Origin: an uncultured Verrucomicrobiae bacterium
Lineage (GTDB): Bacteria > Verrucomicrobiota > Verrucomicrobiia > Limisphaerales > JAFGQR01
Assembly: GCA_963788655.1 (NCBI GenBank)
Contig: CAWBHS010000081.1
Span: forward strand, 64,001-128,000
Direction of reading: 5' to 3'
Length of the DNA stretch: 64,000 nt
The position numbers and the translations under genes were made by a program. The notes under the pieces were generated by a model, which was not told the origin of the DNA, searched no databases, and saw nothing but the letters and a program-made list of their open reading frames with translations. Positions 10,730 to 21,472 of the stretch are shown in pieces; the first letter of the stretch is position 1; the number at the start of each line of letters is the position of its first letter.

Positions 10730-10943
10730 TAGGAATATTTTATTGATCATCACTTTTTGCCCCTCGCCCGACCCCGCATGGACGCCAACGAGATCGCATA
10801 CCTTTTTCTCCACCGCACACTGATGCGCGTTTACGCTAGATTTCCCAGGAACCTTGTTCTGCTTTGTTACAAAGTCCCTGCATCCTCACAAGCTCCCCTG
10901 CCCTGTCTTTCAACGTTACAATCCTTCACGTTTCAAGCAGTCG

Positions 10944-12557
10944 TCACCGTTTCCGCCCCTCCGCCCGCCAGACGTAAAACCGAAAATGCGTGAGCGCGCG
11001 CTTGCGGGCAATGACCACAAAAACAATGTCCACGGCAAGCGCCAAGGCGCCGGCAATGAGCGGCGCAATCCAAATCCCCCACTTGCCGAAGGCGACCATG
11101 AAGAAGAAGATTCCCTGTGAAAAGCTGAGCGCAAACCAGGGGAGCACTTTGACGAAAGCAATGGTTTTGAGCAATGCGACGCTTGGGCTTTTCGAGGTCA
11201 ACCCCATCCAGATGCCGAACCATCCCACCGCCAGCAGTCCGACGACGAATTTGGCCACGCCCGCGACCAAGGAGACGAGTTGCATCATCTGGTAATCCGG
11301 TTGGTTGGGCATGCTGGAGGAAACGCCGGACGTGCCGACAACCGCGACGATACTGACAAATACCTGCAAGGCCAGGAATAACAGCCCGGGCATTAAGAAC
11401 AAGTCCAACAACATCCGCCAGTGGCCCCGCACAATCTGCCGGGGAGTCAAAGGCGTCGCCAGCAACAGTTCCATCATGCCGTTGTGCCGCGCATCCACCA
11501 GGAAGCGGCTGGACTGCGACGCAAACCACAACGTGAAAATCACCCCCGCCAAAAGAATGACCCCACTGCTGATTTGCATCAGGCCGAGCCCGCCCTTGCT
11601 CTCCCACACTGTTAAGAAGATGACCGCCGCCGCCCCGTACATGACCGCGCGCAATCCCCACGCCAGCCAGCGGTCCCGCCCTGCAAGCCACAGCACGGGA
11701 TTTCGGTCCAGCAATTTTCGTCGCCGTAGCGCGCGTTTGCTCGGCGCGGTTGTGGGCGACTGGCGCCGACGGAAACGGAATCGTGACCCGACGGCTTTTT
11801 CCTGCCAGTTGCGCGGCGCCACTCGGCAGGCCAATGCCAGGAAACTCCAGCCGATAATATGGATCAATCCCAAGCTGGGCCAGAACTCGGCGGATCGGTC
11901 GTTGCCGGCCTGGAGGAAGGAACAGAGCGAACTCACCAGACTAAAACGGGGCACAAACAGACTTTGATCCCCGCCCGCAATGGCCCAATCGACCACCCAG
12001 GGTAACAATAGAAATCCCAGCCCCGCCAGCAAGGTAGCACTCATGGCCTTCTGCGAATCACGGCTGAGCGACGAAATGCCAACCCCCAGGGCTAGTGAAA
12101 AAAACAACGTGTTGCACCACACCAGCATCAACCGCCAAAACTCGCTGCCGGTCACGCCCCCCACCAGGAAGACCAGCCCCATGATGGGAAACACGGCCAG
12201 TACGCCATAGACGGCCCGCAGCGACGTGGCCAGCAACTTCCCCAACACCACGTCGTAACCCCGCAAATCGGTGAGGAACAACAAGCCCAGCGTGCCTTGG
12301 CGTTTTTCCTCACTGAGACAGTCCGAAGTCAAAAACACACCCGCCAGACTTACCGCCACAAAACCAAGCCATTTGAGAATGCTGAAGAGGATGGAACCCA
12401 GTTGCGAAAGCCACATACCCTGTTGCAGTCCGGCGATAATCAAAACGCCAGCAGTGATCAGCGCAGCGAGCAATGCCGCCCCTACACGGGTCCAGTGGGT
12501 TACGGTCTTCCGTGCCGCCACCCGCAATTCCCGATCCACGATGGGGAGAAACGTCAT
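10944..12557 (-). CDS. ABC-2 type transporter permease (multi-TM)
   Basis: MTFLPIVDRELRVAARK start; two copies of the E..GTL.LL..T.L-like motif (SEEKRQGTLGLLFLTDL, ARHNGMMELLLATPL); many hydrophobic helices. No ATPase gene adjacent. Confidence 0.8.
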   Translation of the reverse strand: MTFLPIVDRELRVAARKTVTHWTRVGAALLAALITAGVLIIAGLQQGMWLSQLGSILFSILKWLGFVAVSLAGVFLTSDCLSEEKRQGTLGLLFLTDLRGYDVVLGKLLATSLRAVYGVLAVFPIMGLVFLVGGVTGSEFWRLMLVWCNTLFFSLALGVGISSLSRDSQKAMSATLLAGLGFLLLPWVVDWAIAGGDQSLFVPRFSLVSSLCSFLQAGNDRSAEFWPSLGLIHIIGWSFLALACRVAPRNWQEKAVGSRFRFRRRQSPTTAPSKRALRRRKLLDRNPVLWLAGRDRWLAWGLRAVMYGAAAVIFLTVWESKGGLGLMQISSGVILLAGVIFTLWFASQSSRFLVDARHNGMMELLLATPLTPRQIVRGHWRMLLDLFLMPGLLFLALQVFVSIVAVVGTSGVSSSMPNQPDYQMMQLVSLVAGVAKFVVGLLAVGWFGIWMGLTSKSPSVALLKTIAFVKVLPWFALSFSQGIFFFMVAFGKWGIWIAPLIAGALALAVDIVFVVIARKRALTHFRFYVWRAEGRKR

Positions 12558-12822
12558 GACGTTGGCTAGTCAATCGCCAAACCGCCGGCATGAAAAGTTA
12601 AAAGCGTCACTCGCGAGCTGCCGATTTGGAACAAACAAGAATGAACCCAGCGCGGCGGAGCCGTATCCAAACTTGAAGTGTGAAAGGATTGAAGCGTGAA
12701 AAATTCGCGCGGCCCGCGCAATACTTGAAAGTTAGCAGGACGAACCAGCCGCCGATGGTAGGGCTCTGCCGGTTACACCACGGTTCAAAGCTAGGCGAAC
12801 CGCAAGATTTTGGACGGCTCTG

Positions 12823-12892
12823 TTCACCGCCAAGTCACGAAGTGCGCAAAGATCAACAACATCCTTTGCGCGCTTCGTGCCTTGGCGGTGAA
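12823..12892. repeat. Palindromic REP-like element (TTCACCG...CGGTGAA family), copy 1
   Basis: 29-nt arms ttcaccgccaagtcacgaagtgcgcaaag / ctttgcgcgcttcgtgccttggcggtgaa with 2 mismatches; related copy at 25844-25916. Confidence 0.8.
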
Positions 12893-13169
12893 ACAAGCCC
12901 TTCGCACGGAGTCATGACGTTCGAAATCACTATTTTGGAGCCACTTGGTTTGCGACACCCCCCGCCCTTCCCCACCAACTCTTAAACCTTGCGCAACTCC
13001 CGCCAATGTCTCCTACTGCTTCAACTCTTCGCCCCTGTAAACTTTGTCGTCTTAACGCTCCGATGCACTGCTCCGCGCAGCTGAAAGGAGTCGCCCAATC
13101 TCTTACTGCGGCAGTCGAGCACGTCGCCCAAGTTGCCAACGACGGCCGGCGTACTTTCTGGCCCTCCGG

Positions 13170-14142
13170 TGCGACGTGCTTTTGCACGCCACCGAAAAGG
13201 TCCACCGAACGGGAAATCGGAAAGTAAACGTTGCCGGCGACAAATCCACCAAGCAGCACATCGCTGTCGCGGCCACTGCCTTTCCAAGTGATGGGAAGGC
13301 CAGCAACGGTGGTGGTTTCGTTGAAGCTGACTTCGCTGTCCACGACCGCCAAGGCCAAGCCGACACTGAGCGAACACGACAACCGGCGAGCCAAAGACAT
13401 CTCCACGTACGGACCCAGCCGAAAACCATAAATGAACGCGTTGAACCGCCGTTCCCCGGTGGTGACTGCGGAAGCCGTCATGGGAGGCTGCGGGATCGGC
13501 ACGTCGCTGATGAGCGCGCCCGGCCCATAAAACGTGCCTCGATACGCCCAACCCGGAGGCGGCCCGGACGGCGGAATGATTCCGCCCAAATCATAGGCAT
13601 CCACCAGGCGAGTCACACTTCCCGAGACAGGCCGGTCATCGCGAATCTCGATGTCGGTGCCATGAACGCCGCTTCAATTCATCACGGTCTCGCGCCTGCC
13701 GAGGTTTAGTTGACGCTGATAAACCAGTCCAAAGCCATGATGCGGATTGCCGTCGCAAGTCTTGCTGTCGGCGAAGCCATTGGCGGCCGACCGGCTCAAT
13801 AAAAGAGAGTCGCCTGAAATCTGGCTCGGACTGATATACCCCCAATTCCAAGTCAAACCGTCGCCCACGGTGCTGTCACGGCGGACATAGCCGTCGTCGT
13901 AATCTCGATCCATGTCTCCTCCCGGCATTCCGGGTGGCAGGCTGGTGGCGAAACCGCCCCGGCCTTTGAACTTGGCCGAGACGTTGAATGCCATTCGGTA
14001 GCCCAAACCGAAACGGTTGCGCGAATCCGGCTGCACGGGCACGGTCGTCGAGCTCAGCGTTTGGGGTTCCCCTAGCCTCCGACGGCGTGAGCGAAGTCCA
14101 GAGCAAGAACGCCAATAGCAAAGTGCGGGAGAGGGTATTCAT
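13170..14142 (-). pseudogene. Fragmented hypothetical secreted/outer-membrane beta-barrel-like protein
   Basis: Signal peptide MNTLSRTLLLAFLLW from 14142. Coding continues across three frames (NRFGLGYRMAFNVSAKF; YDDGYV; YGFRLGPYVE..LSVGLALAVVDS) with several indels and a scrambled C-terminus. Left boundary approximate. Confidence 0.6.
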
Positions 14143-14152
14143 GGGGATGGCC

Positions 14153-15837
14153 TTAAGGTAACAACACAACGCGATAGAACCGGACGGCGGGGCGGCTTTG
14201 GGTTTTGGGCGGACCGCTATCGATCCATTGCACCTGACTGCCGTTTCCCTGAATGGGCGGCAGGGCGGTCAGCCATGTTGCCCCGGCGGTCAAGTTGCTG
14301 CTGTATTGCACGTAATAATTACGGTTGGAGAGCGTGCTGAATTCCACCAGGCATGTGCCGTTGGTCAAGGCAACCTTCGGCGCCGGCATGGAGGTGGTGA
14401 CTGGCAGATCCACGCGGGCAACCGGCGCGATAAGCGTGTGATATCCCGGATTGAAGATGCTGGCTGCATTGGTGAACGCGGCTAATTTGCAGCCGGTTGG
14501 TGAGGTAATATTCGAGGTGGAACTCCACCGTATCGCCGGGCGCCAGGGCCGGATTGTGTTGCACGTACAGCAAAGCGCCATTGGTCCCGGAGACGTTCCA
14601 CCAAACGCCGCCGGCAGGGGGGTGGTGGCCGCTAATTGCACCGCCGCAATGGGGACTTGGCTCGAATTCTTCACGATCACCGTTTGCTCGAACAACCCGG
14701 TTTGCCGATTGAGAACCAACGGCCCGATGTAATTGAGCGCTGGTCCGCCCAGAATGGTGATGCGCTGCTCACAAGCGGCGGTATTGCCGCAGGTATCGAT
14801 CGCCGTCACCTGCGGACCAATGTGTCTATAAATGTATTGGTGTCGATCACCTGGATGTCTACGATGGTGAGAACGGGACGGATCAACATTAAAGGGCACC
14901 AAGGGCAGCCAAAGGCAAACGGCTGATTCCAGTTCACCGTCAGATCCGCCGGAAATTGGAGGACTGGAGCGGTGCCATCGTTGAGGGTAAAGACTTGGGT
15001 GTCGCTGACGGAATTGCTCTCGCAATCCGTCATAGTATAAGTGCGCATGAAAAGTGCCGGACAGTTGGTGTTGATGAGCTCGTCCTGGTGGGTCAATATC
15101 AAGTCAGTGCATGAGCAGTTGGCGACGCGTCCGCCCAACGTGAGAAACTCCTCGATGGTCGTGGCCGCCGGCGGGATGTCCGCCACGTTGGCGACATTCG
15201 TGCCGGGCGGGGTGGTGATGGCATTGGAGGCGCACAAATCCAACGCAAAGCTGCTGGCGATACCGGTTCCGCTGGGAGGATGGGTAATGACCGCTTCGAG
15301 CGTGATCGAATACGGCGTCGTCACTGTGGCTCCAGCGGTGGATGTCCTGTCAAAGGCCCCGCCCGCAAAAGGCCCCAACTGAAGCCAGGCCGTTCCGGAA
15401 GTGTCCAGTGGTTGATTGGACGCATTGGCATAGAGCCGGAACGTCCCGTTCGCGGATTGCGCGAGTGTGCCGCCCACGGCGGTGATAAATTCGAAGGGCG
15501 GCACCGCTTCAAAATCCGTCTCCGAAAATTGCAGGGTCAGCGTGCCGCCAGGGTGCTCGCGTGGATAGAACTCAACGTCTATCCGAGGTGACCACGGTTG
15601 CCCGACATTGGGCTTGGTCCGTCCCGAAGTGACGGTGACATTAAAAGCACCGATGCCGCCGACATAGGTAATGATTCCGGGCACGGGACTCGAATCCAGC
15701 GGATCGCCGTCCTGGACCGTGACGGTCGTGCCGCCGGAACGAAGTTGAAGGACGGGAACAGCGGTGATCCTCAATGGTGCCAATAGACAAGCTAAAGCAA
15801 ACAAGATACCGCTCCATACCGCGAGTCGCGTTTTCAT
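14153..15837 (-). pseudogene. Multiply frameshifted secreted protein with HYR/Ig-like segments and C-terminal RFYRV motif
   Basis: Signal peptide MKTRLAVWSGILFALAC; segments RTYTMTDC..QVFTLND.TAPVL.FPADLTV and TAIDTCGNTAACEQRITI; at least 3 frame changes; ends PAVRFYRVVLLP. Confidence 0.6.
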
Positions 15838-16258
15838 TGTAATCCATTACTAAAGCCTGTTCGAATGCCGCCATTTCGCAGACACAGCGTCAAGCGAGCA
15901 AGCGCGCATCCAATAACATGCCGATCCGACGACTAATCCGGTTACTTCCGCCATCGAACGATCCACCGGGCCTTGGATGGGCACATGAGCCCGCTGGACC
16001 AATCCGAACCTGTTCCGATGCACATTTGCCTCGTCATTGCCGGCGAACGCACACCAATCCAGGGTTCTAACGTATGCGATGCTAACAAGAATGGTGAACC
16101 ACACAAATAAAAAACACACCTTATCCGTATTTTCACAGACAGTAATGTCCCATAGCAGGGGGGCAGGGAAATTTCGCTTGGTCTTGAGTCAGTTCACCAA
16201 CGTGTGCCGGCACCCCATTGGTAAGCGTTGCGCACTCCAGTCCAAGGTCTGCACTGTC

Positions 16259-16336
16259 TCCCATCCGCAATCCTGCCGCAATCCACTTCACCGTCATCGC
16301 CGTTTCCACGCGTAAACGCCCCGCGACCACAACTTC
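16259..16336 (-). mobile_element. Remnant of a RAYT/IS200-like (Y1) transposase C-terminus
   Basis: EVVVAGRLRVETAMTVKWIAAGLRMG resembles the KV.LARRLR.ETTMTLKWIA.RL.MG tail of verrucomicrobial Y1 transposases (recalled from memory, not searched). Confidence 0.55.
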
Positions 16337-16561
16337 TCCGGTACGAACTCTGGGCAACGTCCAGCAGACTGGACAAGGGCTCCCTGGTCGGCTTTAAACG
16401 AGGCCGTCCGAAGTTGCAGAGTCATGATCCAACGCCCTGACACAAGCAGCACGGCGTTCGAGGCGACCAATGCCCGGGCAAGCATTATCGAGAACCGACC
16501 GGGACAGACGCACGCGGGTTTGCCTTGCTTGCGCTGCCAAGTTGCTTCACAAAAGAGCAAA

Positions 16562-17107
16562 ATGCGTAAGCAAGATACCAAAACGCTTAATGCCAAATTG
16601 GCGCGAGTGAAGTTGCTGTTGTGCGACGTGGACGGCGTGTTGACCAATGCCACCGTCTTCCTGGGCAATGGACGCGAGTTCAAGCAGTTCAACATCCTGG
16701 ACGGCTTGGGCATGCGCATCCTGCAGCGCGAAGGTATCAAGGTGGGTTGGTTGTCCAATCGCCCGTCCGCCGCCACCAAACAGCGGGCCGAGGAATTGAA
16801 AATCGATTTTCTCTATCAGGCCGACGGCAACAAAATCACGGCCGTCGAAGCGATTCTGGCCAAAACCGACTTGGACTGGGCGGATGTTTGTTTCATGGGG
16901 GACGACGTGGTTGATCTGGGCGCGCTAAAACGAGCCGGCGTGCCTGTCACCGTGGCCAACGGCATCCCGGAAGCCAAACAGTTGGCGGCCTACGTGACTC
17001 GCGCCGAGGGCGGCCACGGCGCCGTCCGGGAAGTCGTTCGCCTGATTCTCAAAGCGCAGAAGAAATGGGACAAGGTCGTCGCCCGATACATCCAAGAAGG
17101 CAAGTGA
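16562..17107 (+). CDS. kdsC: 3-deoxy-D-manno-octulosonate 8-phosphate phosphatase (HAD family)
   Basis: LLLCDVDGVLT, FNILDGLG, GDDVVD, GGHGAVRE motifs; upstream of lpt genes. Confidence 0.92.
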   Translation: MRKQDTKTLNAKLARVKLLLCDVDGVLTNATVFLGNGREFKQFNILDGLGMRILQREGIKVGWLSNRPSAATKQRAEELKIDFLYQADGNKITAVEAILAKTDLDWADVCFMGDDVVDLGALKRAGVPVTVANGIPEAKQLAAYVTRAEGGHGAVREVVRLILKAQKKWDKVVARYIQEGK

Positions 17108-19171
17108 ACGTCTGCCCCCGCCATAATTTGTTTTTTGGCCTGGCCGTCGGGATGATTGGGATGGCGATGCTCGTGGGATTAGATCAATCATTGTCCGCGC
17201 AGAATTTCAACCTGGGACGGATGAAGGATTTTCGATTTCCCCAGTTTTATGATTCCGCCGACGTTCCCGCCGGCCAAACCACGCGCCTGCGCACCTTGAT
17301 CACCGGCGCCGTAGCGACCCCGCAATCGAACGGACTGGTTCTGGTAACAAGTGCCCGCATCCTGAGCTACGCCCGCAACGGCACCACCAATGCCATCACC
17401 GAGGCGCCGGAATGCCTGGTGAATACCACCCGTCGCGAAGTGTTCTCCCCCGGACCGATCCAACTGCAGACCGGCGATGGTCAGTTCCAGACCGAGGGTC
17501 AGGGGTTTCTCTGCCGGCTGACGAATTTTAATATTTTCATTTCCAACAACGTTCGAACGGTGATCAAACAGGTAGCGAGCAACCGGTTCTCCGGCCTGGC
17601 ACTTGGTGATCTGGCCCAATCCGGCCAATCCAAATCCAACACCGCCACCACGGTCCAAGCCCCAATCACCGTCGAGTCCAAGCAACTCAAGTTCAATCGG
17701 GAAGCCAACGAGGTGCTCTACGAGCGCATCGTAAGAGTCAACAACGCCCAATTGGGTATCGCCTGCGATCGGCTGCGGTTGCAATTGGATACCAACGGTA
17801 CCATTGAAGAAATTGTGGCCGACCAGGAGGTGCGGATCACCAGCAAAACCGATTCGAGCCGGGCCGAAGCGGACCGGGCGATTTACACGGCGGCTCCAGA
17901 TCACGCCGGGTTGCAACTCCTCGGCCATGCCCGGTGGAACGACGGCGCCCGATCCGGCGCGGCGGAAACCATGACGTTCGATCCTGCGCGCAACATCCTG
18001 GTGGCCCACCATGATGCCCTGCTGCAACTGCCCCGGACCGCGGTGAGGCAGTTCAGTAGCCTCTCCGGCCCGACCAATGCGCGAACAAATCAACCGCCGG
18101 CGGGTTTCACCACACTCTCAAATCAATTCGTGGATGTCCGTGCGGAATGGCTCACCATCGAGCTTCCCGCTGCGGACCGGCCGTTCCGTTCAGTACCGGG
18201 CGCAAACCAATGTGGTGATCCTGAGTCCCGCCGACCACAGCCAGGCCACGGGCGACGAGGCGACTTACCACGAAGCCACGGGGCGATTGGCACTCACCGG
18301 CCAAGCCCAATGGCAGGACGACGAACTGCTCATGAAGGCCCGGACACTCGAATATGACCGCACGAACAATGTCTTCAGTGCCCAGGACGACGCCTATTTG
18401 AAAATGCGCCTCTCGGCGGTCGGTCGGCCCAAAGCGTTAGGCGGTTCTACCGGCAACTCAGCTTCGGCGTCGGCGCTGACCAACCAATTCATCGAGGTGA
18501 ATTGCCAAGGTTACGACTACAAGAACGAATGGCTGACGTTTCGACATGACGTCAAAGGACGATTACTCGAAGGCGACACGTTGCAAGGCACGGTCAATTG
18601 TGAGTCCGTGGGCTTGAAGTTCCACAGCAACCGACTCGAACGCGTCGAGTTGCATCAGAAGGTGCGGGCGGACCAGTTACCGCTGGGGCCGCGCAACCAA
18701 GCGCGGGTGGGCCGCACGCTGACCTGCGAAAGCCTCGAAGCTGATCTTTCACCCGACGGCTATATCCGCCATCTCGTCGTCCGCACGAATGTTCTGGCCC
18801 GGCAAATGGATTGGCTGGCCGGCAGCTTGGTCAGCACAGAAACCACGTTTGCCGCCAACATCGTGACCGCGGACTTCTTCCCGCACACCAATGCGGTGGC
18901 GGTCGCCGTGGCGGACGGAAACGTGGTGGCGCAGCAGGACCATCGAACCGCCAGTGGCAACCAGGCCGTGTACACCGCTACCAACGACCTGCTCGTCCTG
19001 CACGGAGACGCCAGACTGGTATTGGATTTGGGAGTCGTGTTCACGAGCCCCAGCTTCAACCTGCGACCGTTTCAACGCTGGCTGCGCGAAGGAGAGGTGG
19101 GGGCTTTCGGTCTGCCCGTGTTGCCCCCGCGCAAAACCGAATCGGCCTCCACCCGTCCGCCCCATGACTGA
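17104..19171 (+). CDS. LptC/LptA(OstA)-like multi-domain LPS export protein, about 690 aa, with one +1 frameshift near 18196
   Basis: GTG overlaps the kdsC stop. N-terminal TM plus LptC-like segment, then repeated OstA-like motifs (AEADRAIY, ATGDEATY, ASGNQAVY..LVLHG). Removing one C in gtaccgg joins both ORFs. Lies between kdsC and lptB. Confidence 0.75.
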
Positions 19172-19198
19172 CCACAAGCCGCGCCGACATCTCCACGC

Positions 19199-19921
19199 AT
19201 GAGCCTGATCAAAACCGACCAACTCGTTAAAGAATACCGTGGCCGTCGGGTGGTAAACGGAGTTTCGATCACGGTGAATGCCGGGCAGATTGTTGGATTG
19301 CTGGGGCCGAACGGCGCCGGCAAGACCACCACCTTCAACATGGTGGTGGGCGTCGTGAAACCGGACCGCGGGCAGGTCATTTTCCAGGACCGCACCATCA
19401 CCACGGAGCCAATGCACTTGCGCGCCCGGTTGGGCATCGGTTACTTGACCCAGGAGCCATCCGTGTTCCGCAAGCTCACCGTCGAGCAAAACATCCTGGC
19501 TATTCTCGAAACCTGCCGGATGAGTCGCGAGGAACGCCGGGTGCGGTTGCGCTATCTGTTGGACGAGTTGGACCTCACGCCGCTGGCCGCCAACAAGGCC
19601 TACACCCTCAGCGGCGGAGAGAAGCGCCGGCTGGAAATCACCCGCTCGCTCGTGACCCACCCGAAGCTCATGCTGCTGGACGAACCGTTCAGCGGCATCG
19701 ACCCGATTGCCGTTTACGAGGTCCAGAAGATCCTGCGCCGTCTCAAGGAACGCGGCCTGGGCATTTTGATCACTGACCACAACGTGCGGGAAACATTGAA
19801 GCTGGTGGACCGGGCTTATTTGATCCACAAAGGCGAAGTGCTCCGGGAAGGCAGCGCTGAGTTCCTGGTCAACGATCCGAAATCCCGAGAGATTTACCTG
19901 GGACCGGAATTTAACTTGTAA
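19199..19921 (+). CDS. lptB: LPS export ABC transporter ATP-binding protein
   Basis: GLLGPNGAGKTT, QEPSVFRKLTV, LSGGEKRRLEI, LDEPFSGIDP, ITDHNVRETL, YLG.EF. Confidence 0.97.
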   Translation: MSLIKTDQLVKEYRGRRVVNGVSITVNAGQIVGLLGPNGAGKTTTFNMVVGVVKPDRGQVIFQDRTITTEPMHLRARLGIGYLTQEPSVFRKLTVEQNILAILETCRMSREERRVRLRYLLDELDLTPLAANKAYTLSGGEKRRLEITRSLVTHPKLMLLDEPFSGIDPIAVYEVQKILRRLKERGLGILITDHNVRETLKLVDRAYLIHKGEVLREGSAEFLVNDPKSREIYLGPEFNL

Positions 19922-19928
19922 CCGCAAC

Positions 19929-19945
19929 TTGGCACTGGTTTTGCA
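19929..19945 (+). promoter_or_regulatory. Sigma54 (-24/-12) promoter upstream of hprK
   Basis: TTGGCACTGGTTTTGCA matches TGGCAC-N5-TTGC(A/T) with exact spacing, about 70 nt before the hprK ATG. Confidence 0.7.
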
Positions 19946-20015
19946 TGCGCAAGACCACTTAGATTGGCGCCGGCACAACTGATGAGTTCACCAACTAAAC
20001 CCACCCTAATCTGCT

Positions 20016-20963
20016 ATGCCTCGTGATGTCGTCACCGTCGAACGGTTCGCCAAAGAAAAAAGCAAAAGCCTTGGACTGAAGTTGCACTCCGGCGGCCATG
20101 GAATGTCCCGCGTCATTCGCGAGCCCACCGTAAACCGCCCCGGACTGGCTCTGGCGGGATTCACCAAATACTTCGCCAGCCGGCGGATTCAGGTGATGGG
20201 CAACGCGGAAGCTTCCTTCCTCCAGTCACTCACGTCCAAGGAACGCCTCCGCCGTTACTCCCATTTGCTGGGCTACCGCATTCCCTGTGTGGTCTTCTGT
20301 CGCAATCTTCTGCCCGACGACGATTTTACCCGGGCGGCGGAGAAGGTCAGTGTGCCGATTTTCACCTGCCCGCTCATCACCATGAAATTCATCAACCTGG
20401 CCACGCTGGCGCTCGAAGCCATGTTTGCTCCCCGCGGCACCGAAATGGGCAGCATGGTGGACATTCTGGGCATCGGCGTCATGATCCGGGGTGAAAGCGG
20501 CATCGGCAAAAGCGAGTGCGCCTTGAACCTGATCGAACGCGGCTACAGCCTGGTTTCCGATGACGTCACCAAGGTCACGCTGCTGGACGGGCGCGAGGTC
20601 ATGGGCTCCAGTTCGGAAGTCACCCGCAACCACATGGAAGTCCGCGGCATCGGCATCATTAACGTCGCCTCGATGTTCGGCGTGCGGAGCATCCGCCGCG
20701 AAAAGCGCCTCGACTTGGTCGTTTCGCTAAAACCCTGGAACCAGGTGAACGACGTGGACCGGCTGGGCATGGAAGAGGAATTCGTCAAAATCCTCGGCAT
20801 CAACATCCCGCATATCACCATCCCGGTCCGCCCGGGACGCGATCTGGCCCGCTTGATCGAGGTCGCCGCGTTCCAAATCAAGCTGCGCCTGGCCGGGTAC
20901 AATGCGGCCAAGGAACTGGACGAACGTTTGATTTCCATGATGAGCCGGCCGGCGGAAGATTAA
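20016..20963 (+). CDS. hprK: HPr(Ser) kinase/phosphorylase
   Basis: NRPGLALAGF, Walker A GESGIGKSE, LVSDD, MEVRGIGIIN, IPVRPGR.LA..IEVAA. Confidence 0.96.
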   Translation: MPRDVVTVERFAKEKSKSLGLKLHSGGHGMSRVIREPTVNRPGLALAGFTKYFASRRIQVMGNAEASFLQSLTSKERLRRYSHLLGYRIPCVVFCRNLLPDDDFTRAAEKVSVPIFTCPLITMKFINLATLALEAMFAPRGTEMGSMVDILGIGVMIRGESGIGKSECALNLIERGYSLVSDDVTKVTLLDGREVMGSSSEVTRNHMEVRGIGIINVASMFGVRSIRREKRLDLVVSLKPWNQVNDVDRLGMEEEFVKILGINIPHITIPVRPGRDLARLIEVAAFQIKLRLAGYNAAKELDERLISMMSRPAED

Positions 20964-21043
20964 TTATTCGATTGGCAAACACCATCGCTTCCGCCTAGAC
21001 TGGTCGGGAAATGAGTGGCGCGCGTCGAGCAACTGAAGATGAA

Positions 21044-21313
21044 ATGAAGGTAACGAAAGATATGTTGGTTACCAACAAACTGGGCATCCACGCCCGGCCC
21101 GCCGCCCTGTTCGTCAAAACCGCCAACCGATTCGTCAGCGATATTTACGTGGAAAAAGACGGCGAACGCGTCAACGGCAAAAGCATCATGGGGTTGATGA
21201 TGCTGGCCGCCGGTCCGGGCAGTAAACTCACCGTCCATGCCGAAGGCGGCGACGCCTCGCGGGCCTTGACGGAACTGGAAGAGTTGCTCAACCGCAAGTT
21301 TGACGAAGATTGA
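21044..21313 (+). CDS. ptsH: Phosphocarrier protein HPr
   Basis: GIHARPAA (His15) and GKSIMGLMML (Ser46); alternative start at 21011. Confidence 0.95.
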   Translation: MKVTKDMLVTNKLGIHARPAALFVKTANRFVSDIYVEKDGERVNGKSIMGLMMLAAGPGSKLTVHAEGGDASRALTELEELLNRKFDED

Positions 21314-21472
21314 GCGTTGCCGAGCCGCAACGTTCCCAGGGGCTTGTCGGGGATTTTGAGGTGGCGGCAGGGATGGCGCCCACAACGTTCGAAGCGGTCG
21401 CGCCCCCCTCAACGCCCGCCCTCATTGGACCAAGGGAGTTTCATCGCAAACACTAATTAATCTTTCAACCAA

